Source: Eledone cirrhosa (Eukaryota). Taken from it: 64,000 nt of DNA. This document shows, one piece after another, positions 30,335 to 44,560 of the stretch. Both the position numbers and the translations under genes were made by a program. The DNA is taken from assembly GCA_964016885.1 (NCBI GenBank), contig OZ024743.1, positions 107,322,001 to 107,386,000 on the forward strand. Reading direction: 5' to 3'. Within the stretch, counting starts at the first letter, position 1; each line of letters opens with the position of its first letter. A model generated the notes under the pieces. It was given only the letters and a program-made list of their open reading frames with translations, was not told the DNA's origin and did no database searches.

Positions 30335-31430
30335 TATATTGCCGGGACACGTTAACAGCTCCCAGGAGGTGTTGAAGCGCCTGCATCAAATGGATCCCGA
30401 CACCAGAAAGAATAACAGATATGCCTTCAGCCTTGATGTAGTCGTTCTCTACACCACGGTCCCGGCACTCCCGGCCGTCAATATACAGATGGAACGCGTC
30501 CAATCCACCGACCTACACTGCTTCGGGCCCACCACCACTCACATCCACCAACTTCTACGCACATACGTCGTGTATAAGATAGAATGTAACAAGTACAACC
30601 AATACTATATAGGTAGCACAATCCGACCTTTGCACATCTGGATCAAGGAACGCACTAAAACCAGGGTCTCGTGTTTCCGGAAACACATAGACAAATGCGG
30701 AAACAAAGACGGAAGGCCCATTGTCACAATTCTAGCGACTGAAAGAAACGTCGGCACGTTACGTATCAAGGAAGCACCTTGGATCAAACGCCTAGAGCCA
30801 CAAATAAACATCGATCCGAGAGAAGCGAAATGAGGTGGTTGGTTTAAGTTAACAAACGATGCAGCAAAACACACACACACACACACAAACGAGACAACAA
30901 CACACGCATACACACACACACGCACAGAAGCATTCCATCATACGAACATACTACACTGCCAATACAAAGGAACAAGGCAACACCACACGCACACACACAC
31001 ACACTCAAGCGAGACAACAACACACGCACACACAGTAACATTTAACAAACAGGCAGAGAATGGACTGACAGCTAGCGCCACCCCACTCCCACAATTGAAA
31101 GAACTACTTCGGCCGCTGACCTCTGCCCGACCGACCCCATTTCACGCGCACGCGCGCTCTGCTGAATACCTCAGATATTCAAAACAACGAACAGCGGAGG
31201 ACGCGTTTCGCACCTTTCCGACAGACAACCTTTCCCCCACCCCGGAAAAAACCCGCAGTTGATTGATGTGAATCAGAAATATATAGGGACAATTAAATCT
31301 CTCCCAAGGTAACTCTCTCTCGTGTTGTTATTTTAATTTTATCCTTTATGCTCTTTCCTTCATTCCTCTACACGTCTTATACACGCCACGCATCTCAACG
31401 TACACCCACTTACATCTCTCTTTCCACCAC
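30335..31430 (+). mobile_element. Internally deleted Penelope-like element (RT start fused to GIY-YIG)
   Basis: FSLDVVVLYTTVP (RT motif) joined directly to VVYKIEC...YYIGST; degenerate hammerhead TGATT...AATCA-GAAAT-ATATA-GGG at 31252-31288. Confidence 0.8.
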
Positions 31431-31541
31431 CGGATCTTGTTACCCGGAGATTTACCCATTGGCATTGTCGAGGCTTCCAAACGACTTAAAGAAATTTACC
31501 TTATTATTCCACAATGCTTCAAGCAAACTTCAATACTCTCT

Positions 31542-31573
<32 letters not shown>

Positions 31574-31739
31574 AATACAACAGAAGCATATAAAATACAA
31601 TTATATACACACATACATATACATACAGATATATATAAAAACATACATACACACATACATATACATACATATATATATATATATATATACATATATACAC
31701 ATATGCCCAACACAGACGCCCCCCCCCCCACAAATAAAT

Positions 31740-32395
31740 ATCTAAAAAGGGGAGATAAGGGAGAAAAAGAATATAAGAGTACAGAAAGTGAATTCAGAAT
31801 GTAAAAAAATCGTAGTGGATACAAAGCGTAGAGAGCAGAGAAGTTCAAGGTGGTTGACTTATCGTAGGAATGTCAATCCAGTTTAAGATCAGATGTGATT
31901 TCAGGTAAAGACAACATCTGAAGACCTCGGTCTTGGAGTTCAGGCAAGTTGAAGTGGCTTTCAAGTTTTGTAAAATCCTAAATTTTTCAGTGGAACACAA
32001 AGAACAATTCTTTGTGCCCCTTTGGTACTCCCTCGAATGGTCTAAAATAGACCAATCGATAGAGTACGGGATGTTTTTATCCTTGAATTCCCACACCTTA
32101 TTTGCGAGAGCGGTTGCTGTTCTTTTATCGGAGTGTTTAAAAGAAGCGACATATGCATAAAACCTGGTTATAAACCTCTCCTAAGTCATGCCAACATATC
32201 GTTCACTCCTGGCTGGGTGGTTGTTAATTAAAGGTGTCACTTTGGCCTCATATACAACGGATTTGGTGTTACATTTTCCCTGTAATGGGCATTCATCCGG
32301 CTTCCTGCAACTGCATCCTGGAGTTATACCCGTACGATTAGAATTAGTGATTTTAGACTTCATTGATGGGCAGCAAGAGTAACTGATTTCAACTA
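31740..32395 (-). mobile_element. Penelope-like GIY-YIG fragment with premature stops
   Basis: CSCRKPDECPLQGKC...VVYEAKV...YVGMT, then CSLCSTEKFRI...LNSKTE. Confidence 0.85.
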
Positions 32396-32417
32396 CATAT
32401 AGATAGATATTTTAACT

Positions 32418-32879
<462 letters not shown>

Positions 32880-33023
32880 TATATATATATATATTTATGC
32901 ATTTATTAATATTTTGAATATTATAAATACTTCAGAGCATAAATGTCAAATAACTGTCGAGTGCTTCTAATCTATTGTAAAATTGAATTCGTTGAATAAT
33001 CAGCGAACCATATAAACTTTTGG

Positions 33024-33063
<40 letters not shown>

Positions 33064-33191
33064 AAGATATATATCAAAGATATATATTGAGTTAGGAACT
33101 CAAAATAGTCTATTACAACAAAATAGCTATTTTATATATAACACACTATTCCGTTTCTTAATATACTTAGAAGTGTCTAGGATACTAATTC

Positions 33192-33266
33192 ATCACCCAC
33201 TTATGAGCTTGAATTGGTAATTCCATACACAATTAACATTGCGAAACAACAAGTTGTCCGGGTGAT
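33192..33266 (+). ncRNA. Type I hammerhead relic with one core substitution
   Basis: ATCACCC-A-CTTATGA-GC...GC-GAAAC-AACAAGTT-GTC-C-GGGTGAT. Confidence 0.6.
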
Positions 33267-33429
33267 TGGTAGTTACCACAATTCCGGTTTGTTTTTATTT
33301 TCTTAATTTTTTCTTAAATTGAGACAAGCAAACCCAATTGTCTATAGTTAGTATTCTTTTCTCTTTAGCGAATCCGGCCCATTACGATTTGTACACATAT
33401 ATGCATATGTCTGTGTTCGTTTTCGTTTT

Positions 33430-35796
33430 ATATATATATATATATATATATAAGCGAGGATGTGTGTGTGTGTATGTGTACAACTTTGGATACCTAAGGC
33501 TTTTACAATTACCAACCGAATTTGACGAAATTTTCTGTGCACGTTCAAATCGACACACGTTGAGTAATAAAAAATCGATACCAAAATTATCGGTCGCAAA
33601 ATTGATGTAAGGGAGATAACCAACGTTAGTGACAATCCTTATAAAGAGAGTGAGAGAGGGGTGATATGGAGACCTTCGTTTTCAATTTTAAAACAATTTG
33701 TTGCACTTTCAAAGTTAAAAAAACACTTATCCATTTAACTTGTTTCACTATTTTAAGTGTTTCGCTGTAAGGTCCTAATCTCGCAGCAGTCTCGATTTGA
33801 CGAGATTTTAATGATGGTTTGTTTATTTTTAGAAATAATCCCTATGGGACTTTCCATTCAAATCATTGGGACCCACAACTTCTACATTTTTAAAGTAATT
33901 TCGTCCACATTTGAAGCAGGCATTATCTATACTTCCAGCTGTATTCGTACACATCAAACTTTATTGACAATGAAGGATTTTTTAACTTTTGCCAGTATAT
34001 GTTTAATTTTTCTGCAACGCTTCAATTCATACATTTTGACTTTACAATTTTTCACCAAAAGAAAGTATGCACCTATGGAAAGTTTGACCTCTCGGTCGAA
34101 GAAAACAATGCGTGTAAATGACGCTCCACAGATAACCGAAAATGGAAATCACAAAATGCGGTGTTATTGCAACATCTTTGTCCGCTGCTGAGCGTCGGTT
34201 AGTGCGGAGAATCAATAATGCTAAAGCAACTGCTGCAGCACGAGCTGCAGAGACTACAGAACAACGTGAAACACGCCTTGCTATGGATGCTACAGATACT
34301 GCTGCTGCAAGTTCTGCAGAGACAGTACAAAAATATGAAACACGCCGTGCGCGTAATGCTTCAGCTAATGCTGCAGCAAGAGCAATTGAGACTGAGCAAG
34401 AATGTCAAAGCGCCAATTGAGAAATGCTCCAGCTACTGCTACGGCACGAGCTGTATAGACTGTAACAAGTCGAGCTATTCGGCTGGAGGGTAACGCTCAA
34501 CGTAGAGCTTTATCGCGGGGTATTTCAAAGGCATCATGCCCACAATGGTACCTTAAGGCAGTTAATTATGACCCTAATGTAAACTATCAAATCCATCCTG
34601 ATATTCAAATATATGCCATGTCAAATACATGCCAACATTGTAAAGCTAAAAAGTGGGCGGGAGAATTGGCTGGAATGTGCTGCTCCAAGGTAAGGTTATT
34701 TGCCCTATCCGGATGTGGAAAAGACGAGGATGTGATAATAAAAAAAATTAGCCTGACTACATCAGGCGTGGATACTCCCAATTTGCCCTTCGTGTTGCCT
34801 TTGCGATGTCCATAAACAAGTCGCAAGGTCAAACTCGGTCCGTCGCTGGAATTCACTTGGATGAACCTTGCTTTTCACACGGACAATTCTACGTTGCCTG
34901 CTCACGAGTTGGCAGTAGAGATAATCTCTTTGCGTTTGTTCCTAAAAGAAAAACAAAGAATATCGTCTATCATGAAGTGCTTTAGTGTTAACAAAACCAC
35001 TTACTACAGCTCTGCCTTGAATTCACCTTACTCATTACAAAACATACCAATGAATATGTCATGCAGGATATTTTGGATTATAATTTCAAAATTTAACCAT
35101 ACACAGCAAAGGATGCTCTCAAAGAATAGATTTTCTCTGATTCTACTCTCATTGTTTTTTTGTTTGTATACAGCTCTGCTTTCATTACAACTTTTTGTAC
35201 TTTAGCAAAACTGCCTGTTTTTTTTTACAGATTTGCAACATGTAATGTCTTTAATCATTTGTATAAATACATCCTGTTCAGTGTTTTCCTTCATTATCAG
35301 CATAGTTTTATGTGTATAAAGATTGCACTAAATATTCGTTTGCATTATTTATTGAAGACTTCTGCTTATTTTGACAGGTTGGGGACAAATAATTTTCTTC
35401 TTTTACTTCCTAGCTGTATATTCTTAGCATAATTTCAAAACCCGGGCAACGGATAATGTCTGTACATCCTGCAAGGCAATGAAGTGGCCAGGCGAGGCGC
35501 CTTCTGTGTGCTGTGCAGGAGGTAAGGTTCAACTAGAAGCATTGACTGACCCGCCAGACGTTCTTCTGAATCTACTTACAAGTGACGACACTACGGCTAC
35601 AACGTTCCGCCGTAACATGTGGAAATACAACTCCTGTTTCATGATGACTTCCTTTGGTGTAGACAATAACAACACCAACAACAGCGCGAACCTAACAACA
35701 ACGTTGCACCTGTGATGCGTGGGAAGTAACTTTCACACATTTTAACAACAGAGCAAAGGTCGACTTACACCCGGGCAACGCCGGGTACTTCTGCTA

Positions 35797-35797
<1 letters not shown>
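33430..35797 (+). mobile_element. Internally deleted composite Helitron
   Basis: Rep N-terminal repeats (AARAAETTEQRETRL), CQHCKAKKW..E..GMCC, and PIF1 motifs AFAMSINKSQGQT...FSHGQFYVACSRV (about 34797-34915). 3' hairpin ACCCGGGCAACGCCGGGT plus CTAG ends at 35797. The 5' end is approximate. Confidence 0.9.
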
Positions 35798-35835
<38 letters not shown>

Positions 35836-36102
35836 CATACATGTACAGCCAAAATTACGCGCACTGGTTGGCCGACTGAATTTTTTATTCTTCTCATTTT
35901 CCTCTGTTCTTTACTCTTATCACCCTTTACTTTCTATTCACCTTCTATTTTTATCTCCGTCTTCTGATGAATGACTAGTGCCCGAAAAGTTAAGACACTC
36001 TTCCTGCTACTTCAAGCGTTAAACTAATATAATTCTTCCTTATACTGTGTTGTTTGTTTTGTCATTTTTGTAATTTCTGTTTCCCATTTACACACACACA
36101 CA

Positions 36103-36196
<94 letters not shown>

Positions 36197-36626
36197 AATA
36201 TGTATGTGTGTGTGTATGTGTGTGTGTTTGAGTATGTATGTAAGTATGTATGTAAGTATGTATGTATGTATGTTTGTATGCATTGTTGTATGCATTTACA
36301 CTAAATGTAATGTTCAAATACGGATGTTTCTTTTTGCGTGTGATTATCTGACGCCAAGCGACGCTATTCTATTATAATAAGATATATTCACTTATCTCTG
36401 TTCATAGGATTGAGTTCTTTATTTAAGTTGACGTTTTGTTAATCCAACGATCAAAGACACTTTTATATTTATGTGTACTGTGGTGTGTATGTGTGTGTGT
36501 ATTATGTTCGTTAAATAGATAGATAAATAGATGGATAGATAGATAGACAGTTAAAGAGATAGATAGAGAAATAGATAGAGTGATACAAAGTGAATGAGAG
36601 AGACAGACGGACAGATAGATAGACAG

Positions 36627-36694
<68 letters not shown>

Positions 36695-36980
36695 TTCAAG
36701 AGTAACCAATCTTAAAGAGAGAGATGGAGATAGGTGAGGAGATAGGAGAGGAGAGATTGATGAATTAGTTAGAAGCGCAAAGGCATGTGCTCAATGTGCA
36801 ATATGCAGTAGAAAGCAGCTAGGTGGCTGGGTTCATGCAGAAGTTAGGCGCGCAGAGCTGGAAATATTCATTAGTTAAGCAAAATAAGACCACAAATTTC
36901 ACAAGGAAGACATTATTAAAAGATTGTCAACATATTTTAGTTTGATGTAAGGAATGCAGAGAATAATAATAATAATATTA

Positions 36981-37166
36981 ATAATAATTGTTTCTACTTT
37001 AGGCACAAGGCCAGCAATGACCCAGTGCATTACTGGTACTTTATTTTATCGACCCCGTAAGGATGAAAGGCAAAGTCAACCTCGGCTGGATTTGAACTCA
37101 GATCGTAAAGGGACGTAACTATGCTGGAAAGCATTGCGTCCGAACCTCTATCGATACTGCCAAGCC
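36981..37166 (-). mobile_element. SINE
   Basis: Reverse complement of the family consensus; (TAA)n flanks. Confidence 0.88.
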
Positions 37167-39273
37167 TTAATAATAATAATGTCCGTTTACAATTGTTTCG
37201 CTACTCCATATAATATTTCTGGATCAAATGATTATATATCATTATTGATCTGGTTCATTTGAAAATAATTAACATAATTAAAGTTAGAGCGGCTCATCGG
37301 AAATTCAAAGGAATATAAATTAAAATAAGGAAAGAATGTTACATAATGTAATGTTCCATATATTGGTATTTCACTATGGTGTCCTGGGTGTATCAATTGT
37401 CTGCCATAATCATGCAGTATTCTTCTGTCGAGGCTGCATTGTGTGAGATCTGCCTATGGGTAACAAGATGGCCGCCAATGGACATATTTACCTTACTAAT
37501 TAGAGGGTGGTTTCAGGGGAAGTAACTCCTCGGGAGATTAGAAATTGTGGGTAGTTTATAGTTAAATGCTAATTTTTTAATTTTTTAATTGAGAGACAAT
37601 GTAGGGGAGGTAACTTATAATTAATTAAGTTAGTTATAGCTATTTACCTTATTAGCTACAAGTAAAAATGGGGCTAGATGACTATGTTGGGTCAAATATT
37701 CTGTTGGCGAAGGAATTAGCCCTTGGATGTTGACAGTTAATAGTTACCTCCGTTCTATCGTTAATCGGTAGAGGTCGTGATAGAGTTATGTAATATGCTT
37801 CGGTAATACAGAGATCACAAGATTTCCTTCGTCCATTGAATGGTTGGGCCCTAGCTAAGATATCCCATGTTAGTGAGTGTTCAATGTTGGTTAATTTAAG
37901 ATTTTTAATGAGCCTAGCTAAAGATGTCGAACATCTGTTGTTAGGGTTCGGAAGAAAAAAGAGTGCGCATTATAACGTACCTTAAAATGGTTAGAGGTAG
38001 ACCCGATATAGGAGCTGGTATTCGAAGCAGTTTTAACCGTGCACCTCTAGATTATGTTGGGTGTCAAGCAGTGTCCATTTAGCGGGCATGCGTTAGGGTA
38101 ACGGCAGTTACAGTTGCTTCTGCGGTTAGTGAGAGTAGTGTAGTTTAATCTAAGCGGTTGGTCAGTGTTAGAAGGATTAGATGGGGGAGGTGTCCTACTA
38201 TAGTAAGTATTGGCGTGGTGGCGTGGTGTATTTGATAGGGGTGGTGGTACAGCGGTGTGGGAGTTATACTGTCTTAGTTTATGATGGTTACTGAATGCGA
38301 TGTGGCTAGCTAGGTTAGGTGTTGTGGAGAATGAGATTTTAATGTTATTTTTATTAAAGATTTTTGTAATATCTATGGTTGGGGGGGGGGGATGTTTAGA
38401 TAGGATAGAGAAGAAGCGTTTAGGGATATTGGTGGCTACATTAGGTGAGAATAGGGGGGTTAAGCCAGGTGATATTTCTAGGCCTATTCCTTCTAGGGGT
38501 TCTAGTGGAGTTGGTAGGGGCCTTCCTAGGGTTATTATTACCTGGGCATTTGTTATTTGTCATCCCATTGATTATTCCTATTCTAGGGTTGATTTTTAGT
38601 ATGCTACTTGGAGTGGGGAGCATGCCGCTGCCACCATTAAAGTTCCCTGTATAAGTGCTGTAACTGCTAAAATTCCGGCGAATCTGGCTATATCCTAAGG
38701 TATTTTTAGTTCTAGTTTTAAGTTTATTATGGTGAATTGCTGTGTTTTGGCATTTAGGTATGTAGTAAATGGATTGTTCATAACCAGATTCAGAAAGAGC
38801 CCTATTATAATATGGTGCATGGTTTATAAATATCTCCTCATTTGCTGATAGCATGGAGATCCTATACAAAATAGATTTGATTACTGTTCTGATGACTGTC
38901 GGTGGGTTGTTAGAGTGTGGGCTAATATATGTAAGTATTTCACCTGGTTTATGGTAAGGGTAATCTAGGTTATTGTTAAGATCCAGGGTGACGTCTAGGA
39001 AGTTTACTACTTTATGGTTCGGCTCGCTGGTGATAGAGAGACCGTTATTTTTAAAGAATCTATGTAATTGTTTTTTGAGCAAATCAATGCCTCGATTAGT
39101 GCCATTGTGGACTGAAAATAGGGCGTCGTCCCTGTATATTCCGCCTTGCAAGGGTTTGATTTCGGCTCTGATGTTATGTAATAGGTAAATTCCAACTAAA
39201 TCGGTGATTTGCGCAGAGTCACTTGAGCCCATCGTGATGTCAAATAATATAATATTATTATTATTCTCTCAAA

Positions 39274-39467
39274 GGGCGGTGGATTGGCAGTATCGGTTGA
39301 GGGTCGGACGCCACGCTTTCCAGCATAGTTACGTCCCTTTACGATCTGAGTTCAAATCCCGCCGATGTTGAATTTGCCTTTCCTCCTTGCGGGGTCGATA
39401 AAATAATGTACCAGTAATGTACTGGGTAATTGCTGGCCTTGTGCCTAAAGTAGAAACAATTATTATT
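39274..39467 (+). mobile_element. Full-length SINE with target-site duplication ATTATTATTCTCT
   Basis: The duplication is seen at about 39257-39269 and 39459-39471. Confidence 0.9.
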
Positions 39468-39580
39468 CTCTACATTCCTTACATCAAGCTAAAATATGTT
39501 GACAATCTTTTAATAATGTCTTCCTTGTGAAATTTGTGGTTTTGTTTTGCTTAACTAATGAATATATATATATATAAATA

Positions 39581-40060
39581 TATTTCTCTATTTTCCACAA
39601 GGGCGCACAAGAAAAGGGGACAATACAAAGACGCATGCCGGGGATTTTGCATACAGTCGTGTAAAAATATTGAAACAAACAATTATAACAATCGAAATCC
39701 CCAATAGGGGGGAAACGCCACAAATAGGTTGTTTAATAGCCCGTCGATAGAACAACTCTCAATTTCAGGAGCGTGTTGTGCAACGGCTCCCTTCTTCGTT
39801 TTGCTCTCTTCTTTAGCCTACAGGGTTATAAACAAAGAAAGCCCAATCAGTCGGGCCATTTTCGCTTTATTCACCCACCTTTCAGTAAATTTACTGGGGT
39901 GTAGTGCCTCTCTCTCCACTCTGTTTCTCCTTCTAAAATGATACTTAAAGAAGGGAATCAATTGTTGTCCGTAGAGAAAAGCATATGTCCTCAGTCCGCT
40001 CAATCTCGTCCACCATATAACCTCTTTCACGATAGCCACTGTACAGAGGTAAACCGCCTG
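39581..40060 (-). mobile_element. Tx1 LINE 3' fragment (copy E)
   Basis: KEVIWWTRL...ERWV..AKMAR; 3' UTR nearly the same as 55108-55340. Confidence 0.88.
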
Positions 40061-40080
40061 TCTTGATAGATAGATGGATA

Positions 40081-43000
40081 TGTTTCTGTATTAGCCACAG
40101 CGGCACAAAAGAAGGGGACAATAGAAAGGGAGAAGTTTACATACAATAAAAACGTGTAACATCTTATCACAAATGCAATTTAAAAATTAGTCGATTTTCC
40201 CCAATAGGAGGAGACATTACATACGGGTAACACATACCCCCGAAAAAAATGTGCAACCCTCATCTCCAGGAGTACGAAGAGTTTGTACCCCTCCTCTCTT
40301 CCTCTTTTTCCTCAACCTACAGGCTGATATAGCGAGAAGGCCCATTCACTCGGGCCATTCTCGCCACTTTCACCCATCTTTCATAAAACTTGCTGGGGTA
40401 CAGCACCTCTCTCTCTCCATCCTGATTCTTCTTCCAAAGTGGTATTTCAAAAAAAGAATCAGTTTTCGGCCGGAGAGAAAGGTGTCTGACCTCAGCCCTT
40501 TCAACCTTGTCCACCATACAACCTCTTTCGCCATAGCTATCACACAAAAGAAAACCGCCTCTCCTTCGTTTTTGAAGGAGGGTGGCGGTTTGATCATGAC
40601 AATGGACTCGGTGGTCAACCGGATTGGACACACCCGCAACAATAGTCGTTCTACATAGCCCCACAGGTCGGTAACGCCCGGGCAGTGTATGAATTGCCTG
40701 CGCAACGGTTTCTTCGTCTCGCACGCACTTCGGACAGATCTTTTTTGCAGGGTCCCTGCCGGGGCGCCCATGTCTGTAGAGCTTGTCTCGAACTAGTAGA
40801 ACTCCTCGGTAGCACTGCCAGGCCAGGGACTTTTGGAAGTTGTCCAGCGGTCCCGGGCAGAAGGTCCTACCGAACAGACTGACCAGTTCGTCTTCCTCTA
40901 CGCCTAGAGTTTCACCGAGCGCGTCGTCGCACTTACTGCGGATCAACCCTCTATAGAATGACGAAGTGGAGTCTCCACTGATCGCTGGGTCCGCCTGCCA
41001 GAGGGTTGGGAGCGCCTGAGCACATTCGATGTGCCATTCGCCCATTTTCCTCGGTCTTTGCTTGACCCAGGACTGCAGCTCGGTCAGCGAGACGAGTCGT
41101 GGGAAGGCTTGCCTCACGAACGGGGCCCACACCGGTTGTCCGGTGAGGAATACGTACAGATGCCGCAGACTGAGCGCGTGTTTGCGCATCGTCAGCTAAG
41201 GCATCCCTATCCCTCCGTTGGAAGGGTGTTGGCAGCAGATGGATCTTCTCACCAAAGGAGCCAGCCTCTTCCAAATGTATTGGAAGAGTGCGCGCTCCAT
41301 TTTGGTGAGCGTTTTGGCTGAACAAGGCACGACGGTCAAGCGGTAGTAGATGGCGGACGCTATAAAAGTGTTCGCCACCTCCGCTCGACCTTTCAAGGAT
41401 AGTTTGCATTCGGCCCACTTCTGGGTGTGTGAAAACACCTTGGCCGTCACCTCGTTCCAGTTCTTCTCCACCTGGAGAGCCGGACCAAACCAGACCACGA
41501 GCAGCTTCACCGGTCATTCCGTCCAGCGTCCGACGACGCCATCGGAAGGCTTCGGTTTGCCTCTCCACGATCCGAGTTGCAAACCGATGGACTTGTCTCG
41601 GTTCAGCTTCGCTCCTGTGAAACTTTCGTATTCCTTTAGTAAGGTGCCGACTTCCTCGATTTGCGAGACGCTCGACATCATTACTGTTACGTCGTCGGCT
41701 TAGGCCGACGCCGCTTTCCGCAGTCTCGGTTCCAGAGGGATTCCCTGCAATAGCTCCAACTTCCGCAGTATTGGCTTGAGAGTCAGTACGTACAGAAGGG
41801 AGAAGAGAGGGCATCCTTGTCAAGTGGATCGCGTGATATGGAACGGCTGCGAGAGGTAGCCGTTCACCGTGACCCTTGAGCAGATTTTGCTGTTGTGCAT
41901 TGCAGCAATCCAGCCCCTGATGACAGGTCTGAAGCCTGCCGCCTCGAGCACCGCATCCAAGTAACGATGGTCAACCCTATCGAAAGCCTTAGACTGATCC
42001 AAGTTGATCAGGGCTCCACCGAAGCCGGGTTTACACGCTACCCTCTCTATGATGTATCACATGAGGAGGAGGTTGTCGTGTATGGACCTGGTCGGGATTG
42101 CGCATGTCTGCGCTTCTCCCACCAGGTTCTCGACGACAAGCACCAGCCTCTTTGCCAACACTTTGGCCAAAATCTGTAACTCTGTGTTTAGTAGAGTTAT
42201 GGGCCGGAAGTTGCCTATGTCATCCCCCTTATTCTCGTCCTTCCTGACTAGTGTGACTACGCCCTCGGTCACAGAATTGGGAATTCTCCCGTTCTGCTCC
42301 CGGTCGCTTCAAGGAGACCGGAGATAAGTCGGGCATTGCTAGGTAAAATTCGTAGAGTAGACTGTCGAGACCTGGTGATTTGCGTTTGCCGCATTGGCTC
42401 AGCGCGTCCCCTATCTCAGCGGCTGAAATCGGCTTTTCGCAGAACTTTGCCTTGCTGTTCGAGAGTCGCGGTAGGCCGTCGAGGTATGGACCGAAATCCA
42501 TAGCCCCAGCCGGTGCGCCGCCCTGACCGAACAGTTGAGCACAGTGCCGCTGAAAGGCCGCACACATCTGCTTCGGTTCACGTATCACGCGACCGTCTTG
42601 GTCCTTCAAAGACCGAATCTTGGACTTGTTGTCACTTTTTGCCTCCGTCACTCGGGCCCAGCTAACAGCTTTGACTCCCTCGTTTCCTAGAGCACGCATT
42701 TTGCTTCTGACAACGCAGCACTCGTGCTTTGCGTCAAAGAACTGGTCCAAGTTCGTTGTCGTTGCTAGCACGCTGGCTGCGTTGACACTTCTAATTGCCT
42801 CTTCTACTTTATCTACCAGTTCCTTCTCGGTTCTATTTCTATCTAACGCTAATTATTTACTAAAAACTAACGAGTCTAATCTAACTGCCCTCTTGAGAGA
42901 GAACCACCATCTGTTGTTGACAATGGCCCCTGTCAAGTGCTGTTTAACTAAAGTGCTAATCCGTCTACTGTAGGTTTTGTATGTCGGTAACGATAAGTTC

Positions 43001-44527
43001 AGTTTCCAGTAGCCGGGTCCTTGTGTATGGGTTCTATCAAGGTTGACCATGCAGGTCACTAGTTTGTGATCTGAATAGGCAACCATGAACATCTGTGGAG
43101 AGATTAATATGTTCCTATCCTTATTTCTAACTAGAACCCTATCTAGGTACGATATAGATGTTCCGCTACGATTAGTCCACGCCCACAGTGGCACAGTCGG
43201 AAAATCTAGTCGATATCTATTGGCCAGGTCAAATCGGGCGATTAACTGTTTGAGGCTTTTACACCCCCATTTATCGGGACATGCTCCCACATAGTCCCAA
43301 CGTGCATCTAGGATTCCATTCCAGTCCCCCACTAAAAGCAATGAGCGGGACCTTCCCAGAAAGGTCTCTAGACGTTTGAAGAAGTCTGGCCGCGGTGTCC
43401 CGGATGGGGCATATGCGGCCACCAGCCTGAAGGCTCCACCTTCACTACCGTCAACGTCTAGGACCACCAGTCGACCCTCCGGGTCCAGATGTACCGTCTG
43501 TGTTACGAGGCCCAGGTGTTTCCGGAGCAAAACGACAACCCCGCCCCACGCCCGGGCTGATAGAGAGATGCGTAGATCTCAAAGTCATCGAAGATGGGGG
43601 CCAGCTGTCGCTTGCTGTGGATCCTGGACTCGCAAATGGATACTACATCCATACTGTGCGACCTGAGGTCGTTTAAGAGTTTGCCCTGTTTCCAGGGCAT
43701 CACCAGGCCGCGTACATTCACACATTCAACTTTTATGTTGGCCATGTTGGTTCTGAAAATTTAAAAGAAGTGAAGAAAACACTCACCTCTTCGTCTCTTG
43801 GGCATCAGGCCGCACGGTTTCCATGGGGGTGTTAGAGGGGTTGTCTGGGTGGGTGTTGGTTTCCGGCGGGGTGGGGACGGAGTTGTTTGGTGGGGAGACT
43901 TTTTAAAAGAACGCAGTTACTGGGTTTAAGACAAGGATTACCCACGTCCTTAGGAAAGTTTTCCTTTAAAGACTTATAGGTGTCCGTAGGGACCCTAATC
44001 ATCTTTAAATTAGGTTTGTCTACACAGTTTGAAAACGTTTTCCCTTCGGTTTTCACCGAAGGGTCTATGGAGATGACCTCCATTAAAGTTTTGTTTTTAG
44101 GTTTATGTATGTGTAATGTTCTTGTGTTGCGGTGCTTTTTGTCTGTTGTTCTTGTGCTAGCTTTCGTTTGCTTGTCGGTGTTTGTCTTTGGAGTGATATC
44201 GTGGTTTTGTTTTCGGGACCGGGGGTTTTTGTTTGTAATGTTTGTGTTGTTTGTGTTGGTCGTTGTATGTTTGCAGTGATGTTTGTTGTTATTTTGTTCT
44301 TGTGGTGTCTTTTCTTCTTTCTTTTCGAACGGAGAGGCTCTCCCTCGTCGTCTCTTGGTGATGATGTGGGGGCCTCGTCCGTTGTGCTGTCTGTGTTATT
44401 TGGAAGGGGTATGTTTTGGGGAGCTGTTGTGTTTGTGGGTGTTTTTGCAGTGGCTTTAGGTGGAGAGGGGTTGGGTGGGACTGTGCTTGCAGGTTAGTTT
44501 GTTGTTCTTGTTTTGGTTATGTTGGCG

Positions 44528-44560
<33 letters not shown>

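Larger units (their letters stand above)
36866..39563 (-). mobile_element. Penelope-like element (RT plus GIY-YIG, 5'-truncated) bounded by 100-bp inverted repeats and interrupted by two SINEs
   Basis: ORF 38441-39232 has MGSSDSAQITDLVG...IYRDD...VNFLDVT...ITWLNPP. Downstream relics CNCRYPNACPLNGHC and YIGST. 36866-36965 is inverted at 39466-39563. Hammerhead relic at 37186-37303 (-). Confidence 0.82.

Noticed and set aside
43753-43786. GT-AG intron within the Tx1 inter-ORF spacer
   Set aside because: It would be only 34 nt in copy A and 39 nt in copy B, and splicing in B would not join the mini-ORF to ORF2 in frame.
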